From a virus (Duplodnaviria; Caudoviricetes), in the IMG/VR virus record IMGVR_UViG_3300048854_000081, positions 256,001 through 320,000 of that record: a stretch of 64,000 nucleotides of DNA. One strand, 5' to 3'. The translations under genes and the position numbers were made by a program. How positions within the stretch are numbered: position 1 is the first letter of the stretch; each line of letters begins with the position of its first letter. Shown piece by piece: positions 1 through 9,071 of the stretch. Below the pieces are notes generated by a model, which saw only the letters and a program-made list of their open reading frames with translations, was not told the DNA's origin and ran no database searches.

Positions 1-1
1 T

Positions 2-952
2 GCGATTGGTGGACCATCGGGTTCGGGTAAGTCATTCCTAATCGGTAACGGTATCAAGGCTGCACAGGATCAAGGTTGTGCCATTCTAATTCTCGACTCC
101 GAGAATGCGATGGATGATGATTACCTACAGGCTATTGGTGTCGATACTGATGCAGATAACTTCTTCTACAGAAGCGTGACCACCATTGAGCAGGCTGTCA
201 ATGAAATGTCTACATTCACTAAGATGTACCGTGAATACAAGATGACCGATAAGGTTTTCATTGCAGTTGACTCCATTGACATGTTAATGACCAATTCGCA
301 GGTAGAAAACTACGCCAAGGGTGAAACCAAGGGTGATCAGGGTCAGGCAGTCAAGCAGATGAAGGACATGTTGAAGTCTTGGACACAGGACTTGAAGACA
401 CTTCCATTCGTAATGGTATGTGCTAAGCAGGTTTACTCCGAGCAGGACCGTATTGCTAAGTTGGTTGAACCATACGTCTTCACTGAAGGTTTGAAGTTCG
501 CTTTCTCGCAAATCCTAATGATCACCAAGCTAATGCTTAAGGCTGATGATGTGGACGGTGAAGGTAAGGGTAAGGGTGGCGATAAGTATGCTGGTATCTG
601 GTTGAAGGCTCGTGGTTTCAAGACACGTTTCACCAAGCCATTCCAGCAGGCCAAAATTCAGGTTCCTTATGAAACTGGTATGGATCGCTATTCGGGTATC
701 TATGACGTAGCAGTAGCCACGGGTCTCGTTACGAAGGGTGGCGCATACAGTTACTACAAAGACAAGCAATTCTATAAGAAGGATTTCGGCAAGTATGCTG
801 AAGAAGTTCTTGCTGAAATGATTGCCAAGGGTGACAGTGCTATTAACCTAACCATTACCGAAGATGAAGCTCCGGCTGATGGTCCATCGAAGGCAGAGCG
901 TCTTCTTGCTAAGAACGGCTTAGTCTTAGCAGAAGTCGAAGACGAGGAATAA
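2..952 (+). CDS. uvsX: RecA/UvsX-like recombinase (5' truncated by the window edge)
   Basis: Frame is open from nt 2: Walker A GGPSGSGKS, Walker B IAVDS, and RecA-like KTRFTKPF/IPYETGMDRYSG motifs. Confidence 0.9.
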   Translation, partial: AIGGPSGSGKSFLIGNGIKAAQDQGCAILILDSENAMDDDYLQAIGVDTDADNFFYRSVTTIEQAVNEMSTFTKMYREYKMTDKVFIAVDSIDMLMTNSQVENYAKGETKGDQGQAVKQMKDMLKSWTQDLKTLPFVMVCAKQVYSEQDRIAKLVEPYVFTEGLKFAFSQILMITKLMLKADDVDGEGKGKGGDKYAGIWLKARGFKTRFTKPFQQAKIQVPYETGMDRYSGIYDVAVATGLVTKGGAYSYYKDKQFYKKDFGKYAEEVLAEMIAKGDSAINLTITEDEAPADGPSKAERLLAKNGLVLAEVEDEE

Positions 953-954
953 TC

Positions 955-1518
955 ATGATTCGCGAACTTCTTGAAAAAAGAATAAGCGATTATGAATCTA
1001 CGACAAGTCAAATCCTAGAGCTTTTTGGAGATAAACTCCTTAAAGCTCTTAGGTATTATACCAAGACGGAAAAAGAGATTCATATCGCTACCGTTAGACT
1101 TTACAAAAACAACAGAAATTTCATCATTAGCGAAGTTGTTATGAAGCTTGCCATTGGCGACAAGATAACAACCAATACTAATGAAACCCATATTGTGACG
1201 GCTGAGAACATCCATATGTTTGAATCCGAATCCTTGAAGATTTTACTTCCGGCTTCGGTGCTTGAGAAGTGTGGTCCATCTGAAATCCATCAAAAGCTCA
1301 AAGAAATGGATGATTTTATCAAAGCTCACGGTATGGATAAATTACACAAATGTATCGGGTCAGGCATTCTTGATCTAGATGAACTCCTTAATCCTGAGAA
1401 TGAAACATTGCTTGATCAGCTTACCGATCCTATTGAAACCATTATTGATGGGTTTGATGATTTACAAAAAGCACAGTATATGTTATTCTCAAGCAGTATG
1501 AGTAAGGTTGTTCATTAA
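955..1518 (+). CDS. hypothetical protein
   Basis: 187-aa ORF tightly packed in the operon. Confidence 0.7.
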   Translation: MIRELLEKRISDYESTTSQILELFGDKLLKALRYYTKTEKEIHIATVRLYKNNRNFIISEVVMKLAIGDKITTNTNETHIVTAENIHMFESESLKILLPASVLEKCGPSEIHQKLKEMDDFIKAHGMDKLHKCIGSGILDLDELLNPENETLLDQLTDPIETIIDGFDDLQKAQYMLFSSSMSKVVH

Positions 1519-1997
1519 TGATATTGAGAGAATTAAAAGACGAAAACGTTGACGATTACGTGTATGATATTCTGAAAGAGTTCGATGAGAAGATCAAAAC
1601 ATGGAAATTGGATGTTTCCCTAAAAGGTAAAAACATTACCATAGCTAATATCGAGCAGGCTGCATATCTTGCTCGATATGACCAGATCAAAGTAGACCTA
1701 AAATCCCTTCTTAGTTATTACGATATGCAGGTCAAGAAATCTCGTGGAGAGATTTTACAGACCATCTATCAGCATTCGACCATTGACTACTCGGCTTCCG
1801 AGAAGAACATGCTAATAGATTCAAACCCCGCATATCTTAAGTATAAGCAGATTCATTTGGACATCGAAGCAATGTATAGTTTGCTTGCTTCTATTTCAGA
1901 GCAGTTTAAGAATCGTGCTTACACCTTGAATAACTTGGTTAAGATTTACACGGCAAGTCTTCAGGATATTACTTTGGATGTCGATAATGAAGACTGA
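1518..1997 (+). CDS. UvsY-like recombination mediator
   Basis: Helical 159-aa protein between uvsX and uvsW; C-terminal QFKNRAYTLNNLVK resembles UvsY. Confidence 0.6.
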   Translation: MILRELKDENVDDYVYDILKEFDEKIKTWKLDVSLKGKNITIANIEQAAYLARYDQIKVDLKSLLSYYDMQVKKSRGEILQTIYQHSTIDYSASEKNMLIDSNPAYLKYKQIHLDIEAMYSLLASISEQFKNRAYTLNNLVKIYTASLQDITLDVDNED

Positions 1998-3489
1998 AAA
2001 AGTAGCAATCATTAAGATATTGGATGAAGTTAACTGTGTTGTAATGGGATTGGACGAAAAGGATAATAATTACTTTAAGAAGCTTTATTCTCCTTTTGCT
2101 GACAATTACTTCTTCAGCCCCAAGTACAAGCTAGGTCAGTGGGATGGTAGGATATCGTTCTACTCAAAGGGTGGTAAGACTTACGTCAACCTACTCGATG
2201 AAATCGTAGCTGAACTTAAGGCACGTAAGTACAAGCTAAAACTTATCGACAATAGAGAAATCTTTGAATTAAGAGTTCCTATGATTGATAAGAATTACTT
2301 TGCTTCAACTGACATCGAACTAGGTGATCACCAAGTAGAAGCGGTCAACTCCATTCTTAAAAATAATGGTGGTATCGTACTGGCAGCAACCGGTGCAGGT
2401 AAATCGATCATCAATGCTGCCCTTGCAGATGCTTATAATAAAGCCTATGGCTTTCGTGTGATCATTATCGTTCCTAACTCCGACCTTGTATCCCAAGGTG
2501 TAGAGGATTTCAGGGAGCGTGACTTAGATGTTGGCGAGTACAGTGGTGATAACAAAGATTTGAATCATGAAATCGTTATCAGTACATGGCAGGCTCTACA
2601 GAACAATCCTCAATTGATGGGTATGTTTAAGGTTGCCATCGTTGACGAATGCCATGGTGTAAAGGGTCAGGTTCTAAAAGACATCCTTAATAACTATGGT
2701 GCTCACATCTTTGTAAGAATTGGTGTGACGGGTACATTACCGGAGAAAGAAGTAGATGCATTATCAGTTAAGATTACTCTTGGTATACCACAATATACGA
2801 TCACTGCTAAGCAGCTTATCGATTCAGGATGGCTTGCAGAGCTTGATATTCATATCATTGAAATGATTGAAGAGAAGAAGGATGAATACGCAGCATGGTG
2901 TGAGAAGTTCCCTGAAGATGCCGAAAAGGTTTCGTACAAGGAATTCATGTCCACTGTCCTATTCCCCGACTATGATTCTGAGAAGCGTTATCTAAACACT
3001 AACCTAGAACGAGTAGAATATGTAACTCGTATCGTGGAATTGAATAGATTGCGAGACAAGGGCAATAGCCTCATTCTTGTGAACTCTGTTCCATCTGGTA
3101 AGCGTTTGGCCGAACTGATTCCGGGTTCCCACTTCGTTTACGGTATGGACAAGAAAGAGTTTAGAAAGAGAGTCTACAATCTGTTTAAGGATAACGATGA
3201 TGTTGTGGTAATCGCAACTTCCCAGTTAGCTTCTACAGGTTTGAACATTCCTAGAATCTTCTATCTGTATCTGTTGGACATCGGTAAGAGTTACATTCGT
3301 GTTATTCAGTCGATTGGTCGTGGCCTACGTAAGGCTCATGATAAGAATTATGTTAGTGTATTTGACATTTCCAGTAATTTACGCTATAGTAAGGATCATC
3401 AAAATAAGCGTGTTGTGCACTATAAAAAGGCAGAATACCCTTTCACGAAAGAAAAAGTAGAATATAACAAGAAGAAAAAGGTTAAGTAG
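1987..3489 (+). CDS. uvsW: UvsW-like SF2 DNA helicase
   Basis: ATGAGKS, DECH, GVTGT and QSIGRGLR motifs; N-terminal PKYKLGQWDGRI. Confidence 0.92.
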   Translation: MKTEKVAIIKILDEVNCVVMGLDEKDNNYFKKLYSPFADNYFFSPKYKLGQWDGRISFYSKGGKTYVNLLDEIVAELKARKYKLKLIDNREIFELRVPMIDKNYFASTDIELGDHQVEAVNSILKNNGGIVLAATGAGKSIINAALADAYNKAYGFRVIIIVPNSDLVSQGVEDFRERDLDVGEYSGDNKDLNHEIVISTWQALQNNPQLMGMFKVAIVDECHGVKGQVLKDILNNYGAHIFVRIGVTGTLPEKEVDALSVKITLGIPQYTITAKQLIDSGWLAELDIHIIEMIEEKKDEYAAWCEKFPEDAEKVSYKEFMSTVLFPDYDSEKRYLNTNLERVEYVTRIVELNRLRDKGNSLILVNSVPSGKRLAELIPGSHFVYGMDKKEFRKRVYNLFKDNDDVVVIATSQLASTGLNIPRIFYLYLLDIGKSYIRVIQSIGRGLRKAHDKNYVSVFDISSNLRYSKDHQNKRVVHYKKAEYPFTKEKVEYNKKKKVK

Positions 3490-3495
3490 AATCTT

Positions 3496-3984
3496 ATGGT
3501 AATTTCGGACGAAAATTCGTTTCCAATCCTAATCGATAACATATCGACCCCATTGAAGATGGACTATTTTTGGGTGTTGGATTTAGACAGAAGAGATTTC
3601 GTTCTATCCAAGATCGAGGTGCTAGAGGAACATGTAGGCCCGATCTTGGTCCTTGAGATATTCAAGTACGCTATTGAGGTTCCAGCTAACTGGAACATCC
3701 TAGTATATTCCAATGAAACCTCTCAGCTAGACATAGCTGAGATTTCAGAGGTATCGAGAGGTAATTTTACGGCGTTCGTATTGGATCACGAGAAGAGTGT
3801 CAATCTGCCGGGATACATTAAAGTTATCGACTACAAACCAAGGGGAGCCATTCAGACTCCATCCTTGAATAAGTATCAGATGGTATGTCATCATCTAGGT
3901 CCGAAACACTGGGTCTGCGTTTCACCGTTCGATGGCTATAATAAGTATTTAAAGGACGCCACCATTGGCGATATCCTTACGTAA
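3496..3984 (+). CDS. hypothetical beta-rich protein (possible degenerate Hint-like fold)
   Basis: 162-aa ORF; weak pattern similarity only. Confidence 0.6.
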   Translation: MVISDENSFPILIDNISTPLKMDYFWVLDLDRRDFVLSKIEVLEEHVGPILVLEIFKYAIEVPANWNILVYSNETSQLDIAEISEVSRGNFTAFVLDHEKSVNLPGYIKVIDYKPRGAIQTPSLNKYQMVCHHLGPKHWVCVSPFDGYNKYLKDATIGDILT

Positions 3985-4002
3985 AATATAGAGAGAATAA
4001 TA

Positions 4003-4410
4003 ATGTCAACCCCAAAAAAGAAGAGTAAGACTGTCATCGTTGAAAAGATGACAGTTCCAGAGTTTAAAACATGGATCAAAGGTCTATGCGCGTTCCAAGA
4101 TGATAACTGGTTGCCTAACAAAAACCAGTGGGAACACATCCGCCAGCTAATCGATAGTCTTGATGAGACCAAAGTTCAGCAGATGAATACTTTCACGCCG
4201 GGTCAAAACGGTCAGAATACTTCAGTATCATTGCCATCAAATCCTTCACAGGGGGAAGCTGTCGGTCAGGTGGGTGCGCCCATCAACCAACCAGCCCAAG
4301 ACCCCTTTCGAACCCTTGCCGCAATTAACGCCGGAGCAACAACAAGAAGCCCAACGGGAGAGCAATTACTTCCCCCAATCACTAACTCCGGCCAATCTGA
4401 GTTTATTTAA
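4003..4410 (+). CDS. hypothetical protein
   Basis: 135-aa ORF with upstream GAGAG RBS-like sequence. Confidence 0.7.
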   Translation: MSTPKKKSKTVIVEKMTVPEFKTWIKGLCAFQDDNWLPNKNQWEHIRQLIDSLDETKVQQMNTFTPGQNGQNTSVSLPSNPSQGEAVGQVGAPINQPAQDPFRTLAAINAGATTRSPTGEQLLPPITNSGQSEFI

Positions 4411-4417
4411 AAATATT

Positions 4418-4972
4418 ATGAAGACGATTCTCAAGGATCGAATACTTTGGTTCGATGGCGAGATTACCTTTACACCAGATCAGTTAATGGATTACATTTT
4501 GAATGGTGGAGAGATTACTAATGGAATTCACGTCTCAGCCTTGACTGAAGATATTAAGAGTTACAATAAGCTTTACCCAAATCTTACTGTCAATGTGAAG
4601 CGTGACCTAGAACATTTAGATCATACATGGAAAATACCGGAAGCCTTTAAGAGTATAAATATTACAAAGTTTGTAGGTGAAAAGATGATGCAGGAGATTA
4701 CCCGTAGGGAAAATCTTGGCAAGTCACTTACAGATGATGAAGTCAATGCCCGTGTAGATCGCATTGAAACTGAATTGGCATTGTTTAAACAAAACGACAT
4801 GTCAATCATCCTAAAAGCGATCATATATATCATTGATGTATTTAAACGTAACGGTGTGGTTTGGGGTACAGGTCGTGGAAGCTCGTGTTGCTCCTACATC
4901 CTATATCTGATTGGTTTGCACAGCGTGGATAGCGTGAAGTACGAACTTGATCTAAAAGAATTTTTCAAATAA
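4418..4972 (+). CDS. DNA polymerase III alpha (DnaE)-like, N-terminal palm fragment
   Basis: RIETELALF...VWGTGRGSSCCSYILYLIGLHSVDSVKYELDLKEFF matches DnaE GxGRGS...LGIT.DP.KY.L.FERF; start taken at ATG 4418. Confidence 0.85.
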   Translation: MKTILKDRILWFDGEITFTPDQLMDYILNGGEITNGIHVSALTEDIKSYNKLYPNLTVNVKRDLEHLDHTWKIPEAFKSINITKFVGEKMMQEITRRENLGKSLTDDEVNARVDRIETELALFKQNDMSIILKAIIYIIDVFKRNGVVWGTGRGSSCCSYILYLIGLHSVDSVKYELDLKEFFK

Positions 4973-4983
4973 GGTAATTAATA

Positions 4984-5334
4984 ATGGCTAAAGTAAAGAG
5001 TATGCGTGGTGACGATGTTGATGTTGATTTGATTAAGATGAAAAGTCAGATCATGAGCAGCAAGAAGACTGAAGCTACCATAAAGCGCGAAGATTTCATT
5101 AGTGATCGTAGACGTAGATCGTCCTCAAAGCGCGTCAGCGAACTACTAGCTAGTGAACAGGCTGTCCGTCAGAAGCTTGCAGAACAGAAAGAAACTGTAA
5201 AGGCTGACCCAAAGCTAGATGTAAAGGTTGAAGATCAGTCCTACATCGCTCCCGAAGAAGATTTTATTGAAGATACTTCGGTAGAAACCACAACCCCCGC
5301 CAAGAGCGGTCGAGTCATTAAAAAGCAAGGATAA
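4984..5334 (+). CDS. hypothetical protein
   Basis: 116-aa ORF with AAGG RBS. Confidence 0.7.
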   Translation: MAKVKSMRGDDVDVDLIKMKSQIMSSKKTEATIKREDFISDRRRRSSSKRVSELLASEQAVRQKLAEQKETVKADPKLDVKVEDQSYIAPEEDFIEDTSVETTTPAKSGRVIKKQG

Positions 5335-5336
5335 TT

Positions 5337-5672
5337 ATGTCACGAGTACAAGATAATATCGCTAACTACAACCCACCCCGTAAAGGCATTATCTTTAAGT
5401 TTATTCAGGATATCTCTTCAGGAACATTCACCAATCAAACCGATTGGGGTCTAGAAGTAAGAAATCAGGTTGAAGATATTAAAACCCCACGTTGGGGTAT
5501 CGTCGAACGTCTAGGACCGGACGTTCCCTCCCATATCAAAGTAGGAAGCTACATTTTGATCAAGCATCTACAGTGGACTGAAAACTTCAAGGTAGATGAA
5601 GTCAAGTGGTGGGGTACCAATTACGAGCAGCTATTGGCTACGTCTGAGGTAGAACCTAAGGGCTTATTCTAA
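5337..5672 (+). CDS. GroES-like co-chaperonin
   Basis: PRWGIVERLGPDV..IKVGSYIL pattern; 111 aa. Confidence 0.7.
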   Translation: MSRVQDNIANYNPPRKGIIFKFIQDISSGTFTNQTDWGLEVRNQVEDIKTPRWGIVERLGPDVPSHIKVGSYILIKHLQWTENFKVDEVKWWGTNYEQLLATSEVEPKGLF

Positions 5673-5680
5673 GGAAGAAT

Positions 5681-6601
5681 ATGTTTATAATTCTGATGAT
5701 TTTATCAGCGGCAGCACTAGCTAGTGCTGCCGGTTTTTTCTCCGTATATGGACTTACTCAAATCTATGCAGCGGCAGCAGTCTCAGTAATCATTATGGGA
5801 ACAGCCCTAGAATTTGCTAAGCTTGTCGTAGCTTCATTCCTTCATAGATATTGGAACAAGATAGGGATTTTCCTCAAGTTCTACATGATAGTCGCTGTAG
5901 CCAGTCTAATGTTAATCACCTCGATTGGTGTCTTTGGTTATCTAACTGCCGCCTATCAGCAAGATAACATTCCACTGACTGAAATCTCTCAGCGATTGGA
6001 ATCTGACAAGACTGAGCTTCAACGTAATATTGATCGTAAGAGTCAGATTGATCAGCAGATAGCCAAGCTTCCTAATAGTTACGTCAAGCAAAGGAAGCAA
6101 TTGATGCAATCGTTTGCAGCGGAATACAACTCGCTTCAACCGAGCATTGACCGTCTGACTAAGGAAATCAATGAGCTTCAAACTAGACAGGTAAGTGTTG
6201 AAGCTAAGATAGGACCAATTGTGTACGTGGCTTCAGCCTTGAACCAAGACCCTAAACAGGCTATCATTGATCTAACCTTGCTGATCGTTTGTGTATTCGA
6301 TCCACTGGCCGTAGCTATGGTCATTGGTATTAACATTGCCTTGGAAGAGAGACGTAAGGCCAAGCAAGAAAGTAAGATTATAGAAATGTTCAATCATCCT
6401 GTTGAGGTTGATGAACCTGTCGATTCTCATGAAGAGAGTCATGATGAAGATGTTGATCCACCTGTGGAACCAGAAGTAGAAGAGGATTACGGTGTAATTC
6501 TCCCTACAGAACCCGAGGTTACATCGACACCATTGCTTTCTAAGAAAGACGTTCTTGTAGAAAGATTACGAAAATCCATCGCAGACGAAGGCTCGGTTTA
6601 A
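5681..6601 (+). CDS. membrane protein with coiled-coil domain
   Basis: Three N-terminal TM segments, coiled coil, C-terminal TM (FDPLAV), acidic tail. Confidence 0.75.
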   Translation: MFIILMILSAAALASAAGFFSVYGLTQIYAAAAVSVIIMGTALEFAKLVVASFLHRYWNKIGIFLKFYMIVAVASLMLITSIGVFGYLTAAYQQDNIPLTEISQRLESDKTELQRNIDRKSQIDQQIAKLPNSYVKQRKQLMQSFAAEYNSLQPSIDRLTKEINELQTRQVSVEAKIGPIVYVASALNQDPKQAIIDLTLLIVCVFDPLAVAMVIGINIALEERRKAKQESKIIEMFNHPVEVDEPVDSHEESHDEDVDPPVEPEVEEDYGVILPTEPEVTSTPLLSKKDVLVERLRKSIADEGSV

Positions 6602-6630
6602 TTGACCGAGCTTTCTTTTTATGCCATAAT
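6602..6630 (+). promoter_or_regulatory. sigma70-type promoter
   Basis: TTGACC-N17-CATAAT upstream of the clamp loader. Confidence 0.6.
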
Positions 6631-6656
6631 AAAGAACATTAACTTGGAATTTTTAT

Positions 6657-7592
6657 ATGGCCGTAGATATCTGGAACCTAAAGCATTTCCCCACCAAACT
6701 CGATGAATACATTTTCCAAAATGATCATCATCGCGATGTCGTTACAAAGATCATTGAAGATAAATCCTTTGATTCCCTACTCCTAACAGGCGTTCCCGGT
6801 ACTGGCAAGACCAGCTTGGCTTACCTTCTTAAGAATGAATTGGGTCTTGATGACTCAGATTTCCTTCATATTAATGCTTCCAAGGATACAGGCAAGTCGC
6901 TTATTGAAGAGAAGATTTCAGCATTCGCTAGCTCGATGGCAATGTCTGGTGATTTCAAGATCATTCTCCTAGACGAAGCTGACCGTCTCTCAGCACAGGC
7001 TCAGGACTCACTCAAAGCAATCATCGACCAGTATGCTTTGAATGCTCGCTTCATCATCACATCCAACCATCCACGCAAGATCATTGATGCTCTTCATTCG
7101 CGTTGTTTCGAAATCAAATACGAAGCAATCGATAAGGACGAAATGTTGATGCGTTTCGCAACCATCCTTAAGAAGGAAAAGGTTAAGGTTCCTAGCGTTG
7201 AGCTATTGGATGAGTATGTGGAGAATGAGTACCCTGACTTCCGTCACCTCCTAAAAGTCGCTCAGATGAGCATCAAGGATGGCGTACTACAGCCATACCC
7301 GGATACGTCGTCGGACGTTACAGAGGTAATGGTAGGCGTTCTTGACCTATTTGAAGCTGATGACTGGGCAGGTATGCGTACCTTCCTAGCTGCCAATATC
7401 TCGGATGATAAGTGGGAAGACTGTTACAGATTTTTATATGAATACCTCCACGACATCGGTAAGTTCAAGGGTAATACCAAGAACTGGAAGGCCGGTATCG
7501 TCATCCTATCCGATCATCTTTACCGTCACTCTATGGTAGCCGACCCGGAACTAAACTTTGCTTCATGCCTAATCAGATTGTCGGATATTTAA
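6657..7592 (+). CDS. clamp loader AAA+ ATPase (T4 gp44/RFC-like)
   Basis: GVPGTGKT, INAS, ILLDEAD and SRC motifs. Confidence 0.92.
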   Translation: MAVDIWNLKHFPTKLDEYIFQNDHHRDVVTKIIEDKSFDSLLLTGVPGTGKTSLAYLLKNELGLDDSDFLHINASKDTGKSLIEEKISAFASSMAMSGDFKIILLDEADRLSAQAQDSLKAIIDQYALNARFIITSNHPRKIIDALHSRCFEIKYEAIDKDEMLMRFATILKKEKVKVPSVELLDEYVENEYPDFRHLLKVAQMSIKDGVLQPYPDTSSDVTEVMVGVLDLFEADDWAGMRTFLAANISDDKWEDCYRFLYEYLHDIGKFKGNTKNWKAGIVILSDHLYRHSMVADPELNFASCLIRLSDI

Positions 7593-7595
7593 GAA

Positions 7596-7904
7596 ATGCA
7601 CATAACAGAAGAAAAAATCAATAAAGATTTACAGAAAATCTCCACCTTCAGAGATAAGAATGAGCGTCTTTCCTTCAAGAGAAAGATGACCAAGATGGAA
7701 GACCTAGTTAAGAAGCTCACCCCAATCGAAGATGAAATTCTTCAACTGTTGGAAAAGAAGCAGCCTATTCTTGACGATATCCGTGAACTACGATATGAAA
7801 TGGTTAAGGAATGTGTTCACCCAAGAGATATGCTGGTACATTATGGTACCCATATTGAATGTAAGTTCTGCGAAGCCAAACTGGCTGTGGTGGATGATCG
7901 CTAA
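7596..7904 (+). CDS. hypothetical coiled-coil protein with C-terminal CxH...CxxC
   Basis: ECVHP...ECKFC. Confidence 0.65.
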   Translation: MHITEEKINKDLQKISTFRDKNERLSFKRKMTKMEDLVKKLTPIEDEILQLLEKKQPILDDIRELRYEMVKECVHPRDMLVHYGTHIECKFCEAKLAVVDDR

Positions 7905-8365
7905 TGGCTACAGAACGTAAATTTGACATATTCAAAATCATTGAAGACAAAATCAATAAACTTGATATAGCGTTCTTCGACAAGCTTGAACCATACGAAA
8001 TTCGTCAGATTTACCCTTTGATCATTATGAAATGGGTTTCGGGTGGCAAGAATGCCACCCAAATCAAACTAACGAATGATCTGGTGAACACAGTATGCTT
8101 CCAGCTTTACAATCACCCTAAGCTTCTGTACAAGCTATTGATGGCAACCTCAACGGGCAAGTCTCGCCCAGTTTGGGTCAAGCGTCCATCGAAAGCTAAA
8201 GAATCTTCAACTATCAATATCATCAAGGAATTCCATAACTGTTCCACGGAGCAGGCTTCAGACTATTTGAAATTATTCAGTAATGATGATATTCTAGAAA
8301 TGGCTGAACGATTGGGTTCGGACAAAGAGACAGTTACTAAATTGAAGAAAGAATTAAATGGATAA
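7904..8365 (+). CDS. clamp loader small subunit (gp62-like)
   Basis: YPLIIMKWVS...IIKEFHNCSTEQASDYLKLFS pattern; near the gp44-like gene. Confidence 0.6.
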   Translation: MATERKFDIFKIIEDKINKLDIAFFDKLEPYEIRQIYPLIIMKWVSGGKNATQIKLTNDLVNTVCFQLYNHPKLLYKLLMATSTGKSRPVWVKRPSKAKESSTINIIKEFHNCSTEQASDYLKLFSNDDILEMAERLGSDKETVTKLKKELNG

Positions 8366-9035
8366 GATTTTAAAGTGTGATTTTTGCGATAAGGTTTTCA
8401 AAAGGGAAAACAATTATTTAAAGCATAAGTGTGAGAAGATGAAGCGATACGATATCTTCAAAACACCAGTAGGTCACCTTGCTTATCTAACCTTCAATCA
8501 ATGGAGAAAGATTTCAGGCCATCCACCAATTACCGTTGAAGTATTCACGAAATCACGATACTTCAATGCCTTTGTGAAGTTTGCAGAATTTGCTAGAAGT
8601 CGAGCTATCCCTGATAAGATTGGCTACATTGCACTGATGGTGGAGAAGCAGTTACTACCATTCAACTGGTGTGACTATGAGGTTTACGACTATTTTATTA
8701 AGACATTCGATACCGAATACAGCATTGATCAGAAAGTAGACCTCTCTGTTGAGACTATCGTAGATATAGCAAGAAAGTACGAGTGTGAGACGGCTCAGAT
8801 ATTTGAGAATATCCAACCACTTCAAGTGCTGAAATACATTACATCACGAAAGCTTTCTCCGTGGTTATTGCTTGCAAGCAATAAATTCATCGAATTCATG
8901 ATGTATAAGACTGACAAGGAACAGCGAATGCTATTCAATCAGTTTGTCAATGTCAGCGAATGGAAGAAGTATTTTATGGAGAATCCGGATAAAGTCACAG
9001 AAATTAAGAACATCAATCAACAATTAGGAATCTGA
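8358..9035 (+). CDS. hypothetical protein with N-terminal zinc-finger-like motif
   Basis: CDFC...KHKC. Confidence 0.65.
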   Translation: MDKILKCDFCDKVFKRENNYLKHKCEKMKRYDIFKTPVGHLAYLTFNQWRKISGHPPITVEVFTKSRYFNAFVKFAEFARSRAIPDKIGYIALMVEKQLLPFNWCDYEVYDYFIKTFDTEYSIDQKVDLSVETIVDIARKYECETAQIFENIQPLQVLKYITSRKLSPWLLLASNKFIEFMMYKTDKEQRMLFNQFVNVSEWKKYFMENPDKVTEIKNINQQLGI

Positions 9036-9036
9036 T

Positions 9037-9044
9037 TATAAATA
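9037..9044 (+). promoter_or_regulatory. T4-type late promoter
   Basis: TATAAATA directly upstream of the structural gene cluster. Confidence 0.7.
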
Positions 9045-9071
9045 CTGAATAATTAGGTTCTTGAGGATTGG

